NCBI GenBank assembly: GCA_002269645.1
Contig: NIVC01000200.1
Location: forward strand, 1-64,000
Source: Macrostomum lignano
Taxonomy: Eukaryota
DNA: 64,000 nucleotides
Direction of reading: 5' to 3'
Below the pieces are notes generated by a model that saw nothing but the letters and a program-made list of their open reading frames with translations, made no database searches and was not told where the DNA came from. A program made the translations under genes and the position numbers. Shown here piece by piece: positions 21,292-33,357 of the stretch (positions are counted from its first letter, which is position 1; every line of letters starts with the position of its first letter).

Positions 21292-23344
21292 CTGAATGAG
21301 AGAGCAAAATGTGTTTTTGACTGGTTAGTTTCGTTGCTTCGATACATGTCGGCTGTTTTGTGATATTAATTTACAGTTTCTAGGGTTGTAACTTGTTTCA
21401 TCAATGATTTAACGGCCCAGCGTTGCTTGCGTCAAAAACTGTAGAATTTTAGCAAAGTAAATCACAGTATGTCGATTACTAGCCAAGGTAAATTCGGGTA
21501 CCTAGGAAGAAGTACCTAGGTATCCAGGTAATAAAAGTTCCTAGGGAGCGCTGGGAGGAGTGGCGCTTCCACAGGACCCCTAAATCCCCGCCCCTGGCTA
21601 CAGCTGTTGTGAAAGATTTTAAGTGTCATTTTTTGCCAGTTACTTCAGTATTTCTGTTTTTACTGAACTTTTATAATTCAATTTACAATTCAGAATTTAC
21701 GTTACAGTTGTAATCAGATAAGGATTTATGGATTCTGACTGGGGTATTTGCTTTAGACGAGTCAATTATGGATGGAATGTGCTTGTCCGTTGTGGTAGGA
21801 TGCAATAACTCACTAGGCGGCACCGCAAAGCATCAGAACGTGGCCGCCGGCCGGCCATCATCGCGGAACGCCATCTCAGCGGACAAAATCAGCGATGGCC
21901 TCGTTCAGTCGGGGAGGTGAACAGCGTCCCGACCAAACCACGGCTAGCCAGCCAGGTCTGCTGGCAGCGGATTACTGTCACCTGCGGGTTGATTGCGGCG
22001 GATTGCGACTTTAGTGCAACCTGAGCAACTGTAAATTAAAATCACAAAACAGCCGATATGTATCGAAGTGCTATACTTTTTTTCAGAAAGGGTATCAGAG
22101 TATCGCTTTAACGTCTGATACTTTTTCTGACTATCGTGCCCAACACTGGGTAATTATTATCCTTTTTTGATTGCTTCTTTTTTACCATTTTTGTTTTATT
22201 TTCTAAGTGTTGAAATCCATTGAAATACGAGCGGGTCCGAAAGATCAGTTCTTTCTAGTGTAAACGGAATTCGAAACAATATTAATTATCGCCTTGCTTA
22301 AAATGCTAACATTCAGTATCTTATTGTACTCCAGCATAAGATCAATTTCAATAAATATCCAGCCAATAAATATAGCTCACTTGGTACCTTACTTTGCTTA
22401 AAGTTTGTTTTTCAAAATCTTTTACGTTCAAAACGAAAATGGATGGCCTCACTTCTTGCGCCTGTATTATTTTTCTTTGACCAAATTTTCACCTTTAAGA
22501 GCATAGAAGAATATAAGATTACTAGCATATTGCAATTATAAGCTAGACATAAAATAAAATATAATATGAGTACAATGCAATTTAGGACCAACCGGCCACG
22601 TTTGCTTACCTTTGGAATAAAATAAATAAATAAAGAGCCTTACGAGCGTATTAAGAATAAAAAATCTCAAGATCTTAAAGATTTAACTGAATCAAATAGT
22701 TTAATAAATGATATGTATTGAAAAGTCGGATACTATTCGTTGAATGAAACGCGTTAAGTATTTAAAGATTGAAATTCCTTGCAGCTTAAAACGAAACGCG
22801 CGTTCTGGGAGTTTTTTTTAATTTTGGGAGAGTTGGGAAAGACAAAGAGCCGTCATCCAGCATACATTAATATACGAGAAATGAGTCACGGATGTGCAGT
22901 GTTTTCAGCTAGCTTCATTGCTAGTACAGTGCTAGTACGCTAGTGCTCACTAGCGTTCCAACTCACCACACACCCACCCCCACCTCAACGTCTCCGCTCG
23001 TGGGCTAGACCCCGCTAAGGGAAGCCCATCCCACCGTAGGCTGGGTCCCGTTAACGGGCTATTTTTAGCGTGGGATGGGCTCCGCTAGCGGCGGGCCGTT
23101 AGGTACAAATTTCCAGCTACATGTTCGTAATTACTTTGTGCCCGATTTAGCGTGCAGAATAATTTTCCAGCACAGTGGCCTGGAACAACCATGTACATGT
23201 AAATGTACATGGATGACCTGATAATCCTATCATATATCGGTCTGATTCTATCCTATCCAAAACCCCTTAGAATTTATACAGCAAGTTTAAATACATAGGG
23301 TAGGGTCGGTTGGGGCAGTGCAATACGTGTACGTTTTATATTTT

Positions 23345-24205
23345 CTAAATATTGGTTTTTGCATGCTAAGTGAGACATTTTTCAAGCAATCTGAGTGCAC
23401 GATGTCCTTCACGCACGAGTGACCGTGAAGGAATTCCATTGTCGGGTGATTCATCGTGCAGGAATGCACAAAACCGTGCAGGAATGCATTTCTGCGCCTA
23501 ATGCTTTTTCAGTGAGATTTTACCATAGACATCCATTCCTGCACGCAAAAGAGTGCAAGAATGCCATTCTTGCATGGAAAATCAGCCGACAATGAATAGC
23601 AACAACACTATTGTCTATGGCCACCCCTCGCTGCAGCCCAGCTTTTTGGGCGCGCCTTGCAAGCAAAGTGAGACATTTTTTCAAGCTAAGTAAGAACCAT
23701 ATTGAAAACAAAGGGGTGGTTTTACGAAATTACAAAATGATGTACTGTCGGAAACTATATATTTAGAAAAGGATACGCAGGAACACAACAAAACAAGCGG
23801 TACAAAAATTGTTGATAATGTTATAAGCGTTCAAATAAAGGGTTGCATGTTGATACACTGAGCAAACTTTCGAGTGCAGTGGAGCTCCCAGCCTGCGATC
23901 TTGTGCGGAGTAATGACATGCAGCGATTCTCTTCCAAGCCGATCCATCAGCATGTATCGCCAATCATCTCGTGTCATGCCTATCCTCTCTATCCTCGTTG
24001 CTTGTTGGACGCAGTTGATTTGCCATAGCCCAGCCTTTGTTTTCAATATGGTTCTCACTTCTTTAAAAAATTTCTTACTTTGCTTGCAAGGCGATCCCAA
24101 AAAGCTGGGCTGCAGCGAGGGGTGGCCATAGACAATAGTGTTTTTGCTATTCAGTCTCAGATTGCTTGAAAAATGTCTCACTTAGCATGCAAAAACCAAT
24201 ACTAA
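23345..24205. repeat. Rearranged inverted-repeat (MITE/foldback-like) structure
   Basis: 23345-23395 is inverted at about 24153-24200, and 23595-23680 is inverted at about 24069-24153. Confidence 0.8.
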
Positions 24206-24339
24206 TTATACTAATACTAATTATAAATTTCTAAATATTTTCTAAAAAACTGAGTACATTTTTAGAACATTTGTATAGCTGACCCTGGGTATTTAATTAG
24301 CACCCTCTTATTGTTCCATCTTGGGAAATAGCTCTTCTG

Positions 24340-24765
24340 TAACAAAGGATTTTCCGGCTGATTCATAGAGACAGGCTATACCAAGCTTTAATCAGAAAGT
24401 ATTTGGGAAACTTTGCAAAATGGCTTCTGCTAGAACGATGGTCGCAAGAGCAACTAATTTGAGAGCTCTCGAAGTTGATTATAAACCAACCAGTTGAAAC
24501 AAGAGATCGATATACTCCTGCAGTGATTTATCAAGGCCAGCATCATCTGTTGCTGCCCCCTGCTGGGGTTGGAAGAGTTAGCACAGTCCTAGTGGCCAAG
24601 TATGGCACCATGAAACTCTACGTCCTGGACAGAAGCCAGCCTGTAAAATTTTGTGCAATAGACCAGGAATCACAGCTTACGCTGCAGCACGCATTCATGA
24701 TGAAGAGTCAGCTTACGAGCGTACCACGTCGATCATCTTTGACGAGGTTGACACTATCAGTGGCG
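24340..24765 (+). pseudogene. Highly degenerate piggyBac-like transposase remnant
   Basis: RYTP..AKYGTMKLYVL..PVKF..SIIFD resembles piggyBac YTP..PAKYG.K.YVL..NIT.DN (recalled). Confidence 0.35.
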
Positions 24766-25094
24766 TACGCAAGGGGGGAGCGGGCGCGGCCCGCCAAAAA
24801 AAATCGCCCCCCCCCACAAAAATTGCGCCCCCCCCCACAATGACATCATTCAATTTGTCATGATATCATGAGACCGATCGCGAAGCTAACAGAGTTATTT
24901 GAAATGCTTTGGAAAGCAACTCCATAGAGGAAATCAGTGCCTTCATTGACCTTAACATTTTTCGTAGAGTACATGTATTAAGGGAGCATGGATAAGGTTT
25001 GGAGCAGTGTTGCCACCAACTCTTGGCTCGCAAAAATCGCATGGGAAATAAAAAATCGCATCTTTGAAATAAAAAAACTTTGTTTCGAGCATGA

Positions 25095-25262
25095 TTATTA
25101 CCCCCAGAATCTCACGATTCCTACCCCCAGAATGTCATGATTCTTACCAGAATCTCATGATTCTTACCCCGAAACTGACGATTCTTACCCTAGAATCTCA
25201 CGATTCTCACCCCAGTAACTCAAGATTCTTACCCCCAGAATCTCACGATTCTTACCCCCGTA
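25095..25262 (+). repeat. About 23-bp minisatellite TCTTACCCCCAGAATCTCACGAT
   Basis: About 7 degenerate tandem units. Confidence 0.9.
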
Positions 25263-28200
25263 ATAAACCGACAAGTGTTTTTCCCAAAGTTTGAGGGCTA
25301 AAGGCTAAAGATTCACAAAAAAACACAGGACAGCGACTTAAGATTTCACAAGATTTCACTGTACCAACGGCCCTCGCATCTAACGACCTTGGGCTCTCGA
25401 TAGGCGCTCCGCACTAATTATTATTCTTTTTCTTGCATACTCGTAGGCGCAGATTTTTATTTAATTACTCGTATTTTATGCGATACAACGGATCGAAAGA
25501 ATTATATAACACTCAATACATTGATTTCAAAGTAAAAGCGAAATATTATGACATGATACGCTCGTATTTTTCTAGAGCAGCTGCAGTCTCCCATGTATAA
25601 TCTCTTCTATGTATGTTACTAGTCCGTCTATTACTGCTTCATTTGCAGTTTTGAGTTTCTAAAATTAATTTGTTTGTTTGCTGACATCGTTGCCTGCACG
25701 TTACGTGTATGAGACTAACGATTATTACGTACGCACAGAAGGCTTGATTTGTTTATTCACACTCAATAATAATATCCTCATCAAATTCAAAGTACCAAGC
25801 AACAGATTGCATGCAGGGCACGCCTAAAGACTGCGATGCGGCTAGACCGCCAAGATTATGAGCATCGGTAGTTTCTTCAGGCAAGTTGGCAGCAGCAGAC
25901 AGGACGGAGCCGCTAGAAACTTGAGGTTGAGGTACGAAGCGCAGCTGTTGCCGTGCGTCGAAAGCAGCCTTTTACTCTGATCTTTTCAGGTAGCAAGGTT
26001 CTCGAGGTGAGGAATGAACTCTCTACCTAGATTGCCGTAAGTATTTTGGCAGCTATACCTGCATTACTTTTCTCTATTGTGAATACTGTGAATCGATATT
26101 GAATGAATCATGCATACATGTTTTATTTACAAAATCTTATTGATATTCACAATCATTCAGACCCGTTGGGTCTGAACGAAACAATTCGTTAGTTTCGAAA
26201 GTAAAGCACTCACGTAAGCCGTTCGAGCAGCAGCGCGCAATTCTTTGCGCATAACCTCGACCGTCGGGTTCCGAGGGTTGGCACTAGGGCATATTGATTG
26301 AATGCTGAACTTCTGAAGAATTGCAGAGAACACTTGAGATAATCATGCGCATGAAATATTTAAAATAAGGACTTCGAAAGCGTTATTATTTGTTTAATAT
26401 TTGCTCACATAATTGCACAATATCACCCTCCATGACAAGAGGCAGAACGGCTGGTGACGCATAGGTCGAGATCATACCTGACTTTTCAGACCTAACAATC
26501 AGAAGGACGTCGTAGTCGTCAAACGTGCCTCGAGCCTAAAAAAGTATTTTAAAAGCTACAAGAACATGACTTTCAGAGGACGTTTCGAAGCCGAAAGTAA
26601 AGCATCAAAATTTGATGCAAATCAATTTTCCAGTTGTAACGCGCAAATTCAACTATCAATACTAACATTACAGAAACCCAGAAATAGAGATTTTGGTTGA
26701 ATAATCATTAAGGTGAGTTCTTTGGTAGCGCACGGCTGCATTATGAAATAAAGAATACCTTACCATCCTATCAAGGTCGCGGAAAACATGCCTAACTCCG
26801 CCTTGAGGAGTGACATTACAGTAATTTCAGATGCTAGGATGGCGCTTTCATTCTGCCGATGAAAGCGCCTAAGTATTTATGACTTAGGTACACCAAGCGA
26901 TCCTTTGAAAACTTTCCTAAAATGTGATAACATCTGATCTTAAGAATACGAATGCAATTAAAATTAGCAATAAGGACAATGATTTTTTGCTCATATCAAA
27001 GGTAAAAACTATAGAAGACAATCGTTGCTCGTACATTGAAACTTCAAACGTAGAATTGATGAACGGAACAAAGCAAAAAAATCTACTCAAGTAAAGGCCT
27101 ACCGTTTCCATGGGCCGAAGACTTTAAAAAACCTGTTTGCTAATTTTCGGCTTCATTGGCTGAAAAACATAATTAGGATAGTAATTCGAACTACAGTAGC
27201 TTCACCGATAGCCAGATAGCCCCCGGTAGCGGAGGCTACTGGAAGTAGGTCATAGGGTGGTAGAAGAGGATGGCTACTGTAGAATATGCTGAGCTACTTT
27301 AGAATAGGCTAGTCTTCTGTGAGAAGCCAGGCTACTGATACTGAGGGAAAGGCTGGGCTACTATGGGAAAGGCTAGGCAAGCTCAACTAAATGACAAGCT
27401 AGTCTACTATGTAATAGGTTGGGCTATTGAGAGATGAGCTAGGCTACTAAAGTATAGTCAGGTAAAATGCTACTTTTAGGAGAATAGAAAAAGTAGGTAA
27501 ATGAAAATTATATAGTAGAAATAATTTATAGAACAGAATTTTCATGCAAACAAAGCATATAATAGCAATATACTTGTAGCCCTAGCTAGAATAGCACAGT
27601 TATTCGTGCAGGATGGCATATCAGCATTTGAACGCTGATAAATAGGAAAGGATTTGAGTGGTCTTTTTTGAGATTGTAGACGCTCAAATTGCATCCCTAC
27701 TCCCGGATGATAAAATTCTCAAATCTCAATCTCAAAATCTCAAATCGCAACCGTTGAACAAAAGATCCGCCGCGTTAAATTGGTTTGCGTGCATTACTGT
27801 ATTCTGGGATGTTGACGGGATGGAGTTAAGCCGAGACAGTCCAGTAGGGAGGCGATGATAATGGAATAACTGATATGCGTTGGGCTCGGAAGAAATTCAC
27901 TAAATGTCAAGGTTCATTGGGTAATTTTTGAAATGCTGTGGCTCATGGGGAATTGCGGAAATGCTGTGGCTCGGCAGGGTTAGGGTTGGGGTTCAAGACT
28001 AATAGGAGAATGGCTAAGCTGCTGTGAGTAGATTTAGAAAACTCTATTCATAATCTTTCCAAACAGCAACAACAAAAATGTATATTTCCAAAGCACAGAC
28101 CTACTGTCACCAGTCAACAAGATGTGATTGTGTGGATTTGTTGGAGCCAAATTGACGAGGCTGCTACTCAAAAAAACAATATTCATTAGGGCCAACTCCA

Positions 28201-31200
28201 AATCAGTCACTAAAATGCATGGAGGCAGTATAAGCACAGACGTGCACAGTGAGGGTGCCTGCATGAGACTGTAATGCTGGCGTTGTTGTTGTTGCGGAAG
28301 GTGGTCTAGGGCTGCCTATGCAGGCAGTCCAAGAACCTAGCCACCAGATCGCCATCGGCCAAGTCCTCCAGTTGGTGTAGGTCCGTCGCGTGCCGAACTC
28401 TTGCCAGGGCCGGACATTCGAGGAAGTGGTCCTTGTCTTCATAGAGGTCGCACCGGGGGCATCTGCTATCCTCCCTAGAGCCAATTCGGTGCTGATAGTA
28501 CGCCGTGGAAGGATCGTGACCGGCACGCATTTGGGCTATGGAAACCTGAAGCGCGCGGGGGCGAGCGGGCATCGAGGGGGTCTTGCTGTAGATCCGCTTC
28601 AGCCGGTCATTCAGGAGAGGCTTGTAGTTGATGAGACGGCGTATACGGCTGCGGGCGGCCTCGATGTCGATCTCTAGAATGTCCTGGGGGAGCAGACAGG
28701 CGTTCTTGGCCTCGACGTCGGCTCTCTCGTTACCGGGAGTCCCAGAATGACCTGGGATCCACTGCAGGACCACGTCGGCGTGGCTCTCCACCTGTGTCAG
28801 CTTGCGCTTGAGCGACTCGAGCAGAGGGTTCAGGGAGTGCTGCCGACCTTTGAGCGCCGCAATGGCCGATCGGCTGTCGGTGAGGATCAGGGCAGAGTCC
28901 TGCTTAGTCTCAAGGATGTGATCCAGGGCGAGGTGTAGAGCTGAGAGTTCAGCTTGGAACGAGCTACACCAACGCCCGGTAGCAGCTCCCTCAATCCAAA
29001 CCACCTGGCCCGAAGTAGGGGCGACCGCCACACAGGCTGCCCCTCCATTCTCAGTTCCTTCTGATGCAGACCCGTCGGTGAAGTAGTGGATCTTGCGGTC
29101 GCCCCATGATTGAATGGTGTCTTCCGTCGCCGACCGCCTGGTCTCTGGCGGATCGTTCCTGGAGATCGGCTGAGTCAGGTGTTCGCAAAGGGTGACCCGA
29201 TCCTCAATTCTCGGAAGCCAGGGCTCGTTCCTGATCCAGTTCGATTCCCGGCGTGGGCAATGCAGAATCTGCTCGGATTCCAGCTTGGCTTGGTCCCGGA
29301 GGCCTTTGTTAGCTTTGAGCCTGCGCCGGCTTTGGTCTTCGCAGAGGCTGCGCCAAGGGTCGTAGGCAGGCCGCCTGAGGGCCTTCTCGACAGCCAGCAG
29401 GGCTCTTCTGTGTCCTTCAACGGAAATGGGAACGGTTCCGAGTTCGAGGTAAACGGCCTCCTCCGGAGTGGATTTAGGGAGGCCGGCCACGATTCTGAGT
29501 GCTGCCCGTTGAGCCCGTTCGAGTTCGTTCAACCGGCTTTTGGATAGCCAAGGTAGCCAGGCCGCTGCCGCGTGCCATATGACAGATTCGACCATGGCGG
29601 TGTACGTACGCATCAGCAGCTTACGGTCCCAGCCCCAGCTCCTTTGCGCTAGCGCTCTCACGATGTTGGTGCGTTTGGCCATCTTTTCTTTGACCGTTTT
29701 GACTTGTTGAGCAAAGATGAGGTATTTGAGAGACTCAGTGAAGCGAAGTTGAGTGCCGGCAAGATGGAGATCAGGTGGCCGATCAAAGTCGGCCCGGTTC
29801 CTAGAGAAGAGGCACGCCTGGGTTTTGGCTGGGTTAACCGAGATACGGAGGTCTCTGGTCCAGGTTTCGATGAAGTCCAGGGCGCTCTGAAGCTTTCTGG
29901 TGAGGTTCTGAAGGCTACTGTCAGTAGCCCATAGGCAGAGGTCGTCAGCGAATCCTCCAAGTTGAACTTCAGTTTCAGGGAAGCCAGTCCAATCATTGAC
30001 GTAAAGGAGGAAAAGGACCGGGGAGCACACCGCTCCCTGAGGAACTCCACTGGTGATGCGGCGCCACTTCCCGGTGGTGTTGCCGATTTTGGCACAGATA
30101 GTTCTACCTTCCAGAAAGTTGGCTAGCCAATGCGTCATACGATCGGGCATGTCTTCGTCCATCATCCGATTAATGAGCTTGTCGTGCCAAACTGTGTCGA
30201 AGGCTTTGGAGCAATCTAGGGCGGTAGCCGCTGTCTTGAGGGGAGGTTTGCGTTCCCACCCGTCTTGGATCGATTGGACCAGACGGGCGACCTGCTCCTC
30301 ACAGCTGCGGCCTCTTTGGAAGCCCGCTTGCCAGTGTTTGAGGATGTTGAAGGTCTCAATCCAATGAAAAAGGCGGTCCAGGACCATGCGTTCCATAATC
30401 TTGGCGCAGATCGATGTGAGACTGACAGGTCTATAGCTATCGCAACTCTGCGGGTCTTTACCGTCCTTCAGGAGGGGCACCACTATAGCTTGTTTCCAGA
30501 TGCCAGGGCAGTGGCCAATCTTCCAGCTACGGTTGAAGAGTTTGAGCCAGGCCTCCGTCCAGCTTTCTGGCAGGTGCTTGAAGAATGCCGCCTCTATCTT
30601 GTCCGGCCCTCCTTTCTTGTTGATGTCCAGGTGGTCGATAGCTCTCCCGAGTTCACTCTTGGTGAAGGGGGCGTCATAGTCGCTGGCATGTGACGATTGG
30701 AGGTGAGTTTTTTGTAGCGGCGATCACCCGGTTGTTGGTCGGGTCTGCAGACCTTGGCAAAGTGTCTGCCAAACGCTTCGGCCTTTTGTTTGTCAGTCTT
30801 ACATTCTTTGCCTTGGACCAAGAGGGTCTCGTTGGGGGTCGCCCCGTTGTTACCCGTGTTCAAACATTTAATGGTCCTCCAGACGGCCTTAGGGTCGGAG
30901 GAGGAGGAGATCTTGTCGAGGTACTCTCTCCAGAACTGGGCTTTCTTCTCAGCGCACCGGCTGGTCAGCTCTTGGGTCTTCATGTTCCAGTCCTCGACCG
31001 GGCTTCCCCTTCTACGGAGGTTGTTCCTCTCATCTCTCAGCTGGGAAAGCTCCTCGTCCCAGAAGGGGCGGTTATGAGGGGAGACTTTCTTCAGCGGGAT
31101 GGATTCTTTAGCCGCCTGCTTCATCGTCGTGCAGAGCCGGGCAATCTGCTGTTTGATAGTGCCGGTGTTCAGGTCAGCAGAGTGCTCTTCTAGGTAGGAG

Positions 31201-32537
31201 TGATAGCGATTCCAGTCGGCCTTTTTCCAGGCCCAGGAAAACCTGGGTTCTTTGGCCAGGACCGGGCGGATACCATGAATCGTGATAAGAATCGGCTTAT
31301 GATCAGAACCCAGCTCCGGCAGGACAGTCCAAGAGCACCGCCCAGCTAGGGATCTGCTGGCGAAAGAGATGTCCGGGGCGCTTTCCTGTCCTGACCGGCG
31401 GTCGACACAGGTGAGAGTGCCGCGGTTGAGGAAGCGGTAGTCGTTGTTCTCAACCCAATCAACGAGGCAGCCGGCTTCAGTAACGTCTTCTGGTCCTTGA
31501 CCGGGTTTGCTGCCCCATTTCTGGTGGTGCAGGTTAAAGTCTCCCACAATGAGCTCCGCATTGTGTGGGGTAAGCCAGGAGACCACGCTAGGGTTGATTC
31601 TTCTGTCCACCGTGTTGGAGCGCCGCGTTGGTGGTCGGTAGACATTGGTCAGCACGATGGTCTCGCGGGCGGTGATGTGCAAGGCGATGCGGTGCCCTTC
31701 CGTGATGCCACCGCCCCAGTACCGAAGCTTTCGGAAGGAGATGGATTGGCGCACGAAAACCAGCAGCCCTCCTCCTTTGGACTCGGCTCCATTGCGGGCA
31801 ATTTGCCGGTCCTTTCTGATGGTGGTAAAGCCCGGAATCCTGGGGTTGGGATGCAGTTTTTCCAGCTTCGATTCTTGGACTGCAATAACGTCGATAGAGA
31901 GCCGATTGGCTATTTCTTCAAGTTCACCTAACTTGTTGCGGATGCCATCCGCATTCCATTGGAGGAGTCTAATACCAGGCTCCGACAAGTCTTCGCTGGC
32001 GGTGGTTTTGAAGTCCTGGCTGGGATCGGGCGAGTGCTGGTTAGGTTGCCCTTCCTCAGCCGGTCTGTGATGGTGATGCAAGCAGGTTTCGCAGGTCCAA
32101 CGGCCCGTGGCAACATCACGTCGGATAGCCTCTCTGGTCTGCTTGGTGCAAGCGTTATGGAACAGCCTCTCGCACACTTTGCACTCCGCAATAATGGTGG
32201 AGATGCGGACGGTCTTGTTGCAATCACCACACTTTGGTTTTTCTCTTTGAATGAGCTGCATGAGTCTGGTACGGCGTTGAGTGGTCATGGGTTGGCCAAC
32301 CACCTCCGGCGCGGCCGGGGGGGGGGTGTGATTCAGATTCTGCTGGGATGAGCATGCCGTATGGTTCCGGTTGTCCTGAGAGCAAACAATGCATTGCCAG
32401 GTCGTCCAGTCAGTGCGGTCAGCCCTCCAACGCGTGAGACCCGAGCAGGAGCTCTGCCGGTGAAAGTGGCGCTGGCAATCAGAACAGACCGCGGGGTTAT
32501 TGCGAATCGAAGTGCCGCAGTTTGGGTGCCCACACTC

Positions 32538-32579
32538 CGGTCCCGGGTTGGGTTCGACATCACCGGCCATAAGGAGCAG
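32538..32579 (-). other. 2A-like ribosomal skipping (StopGo) motif LLLMAGDVEPNPG|P
   Basis: Exact D(V/I)ExNPGP consensus with upstream leucines. Confidence 0.85.
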
Positions 32580-32690
32580 CGCCGGTAGCTGGGGGGCCGG
32601 GCGCCCAACTCCGTAGGCCTTAGGCCTCAGTTCGCGCGCTCTCTTTCTACGTAACCAAACTAGACCAGGTGGCGATCTGGTGTCCGAGTT

Positions 32691-32805
32691 TAGGCGCTCT
32701 TCGGGCTCCGCCAAAAAGGCGGGGCGACCCCTCCACGACGGTGACGTGGCGCCTAGCAGGAGCCACCTGTGGTAGTCCGGTGGGCCAGAGGTAGACTCCG
32801 GCGGG
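32691..32805 (-). ncRNA. Candidate HDV-like self-cleaving ribozyme at the element 5' end
   Basis: P1 CCCGCC/GGAGGG (one mismatch), P2 UAGGCGC/GCGCCUA, P3 ACG/CGU, L3 UCACCGU, P4 CCGCC-UUUUU-GGCGG, J4/2 CGAAGA. Confidence 0.65.
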
Positions 32806-33243
32806 AATGCTGGCGTACATGTATAATTGTCTGGCAATTAAAAATTAAATCATGAAGTTGTAGCCAATCTCTAAGTTTATGCTTACATTTTCATCCATAT
32901 TTACTAAAATATTGACTTAGAAACTTTGAAGTTGCTGCAAACATCTACGTGTGAGCTTACACTGTAAGGCTTTGATGAAAATAAATGAGATAGGCGGTGC
33001 TTATTTTAACGTGATTTTAACGTTGCATTAAAAAAGAATTTTCTGGAAGTTTCTAAAAATATCTAACGTACATGTACTTTCTAAATTTCGATATGCATTA
33101 AGCTAAAACACTACTACATCCAATATTTTCTAGAAGATAGTTCGCCCCCATTTAAAAAGGTTGCCTCCTCAATAATCAGTACGACAGTGGTTAATATAGT
33201 TTTTAAAGCAACTCTCCGTTATTGTAAATAAATTTTACTTCAC

Positions 33244-33350
33244 TTTAACAAAAAGAGTCATCCACTCTATCATAGAGTTAATTACTTCGACATCTTTTAA
33301 CAAAAAGAGTCATCCACTCTATCATAGAGTTAATTACTTCGACATCTTTT
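33244..33350 (+). repeat. About 51-bp tandem duplication at the GPCR-1 3' end
   Basis: CTTTAACAAAAAGAGTCATCCACTCTATCATAGAGTTAATTACTTCGACAT occurs twice. Confidence 0.9.
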
Positions 33351-33357
33351 GACTAAG

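Larger units (their letters stand above)
28284..32805 (-). mobile_element. Full-length Ingi/L1Tc-like non-LTR retrotransposon
   Basis: 11-bp TSD AATGCTGGCGT (plus strand) at 28273-28283 and 32806-32816. (CAA)n tail. Begins with CCC. Carries 2A, PHD, APE, RT and RNase H. Confidence 0.88.
28306..32805 (-). pseudogene. Polyprotein: 2A, 2x PHD, APE, RT (FADD), RNase H; one frameshift at about 30690
   Basis: DVEPNPGP; two C4HC3-like fingers; AVQES, GDFNLHH, SDH; YRPVSL, PQG, FADD; FTDGS, LTDSRSA, GNERAD. Confidence 0.9.

Noticed and set aside
24540-24770. Walker A/B-like strings (PPAGVGRVST, IIFDEVD)
   Set aside because: They lie in different frames and lack the Lys; a degenerate transposase is a better explanation.
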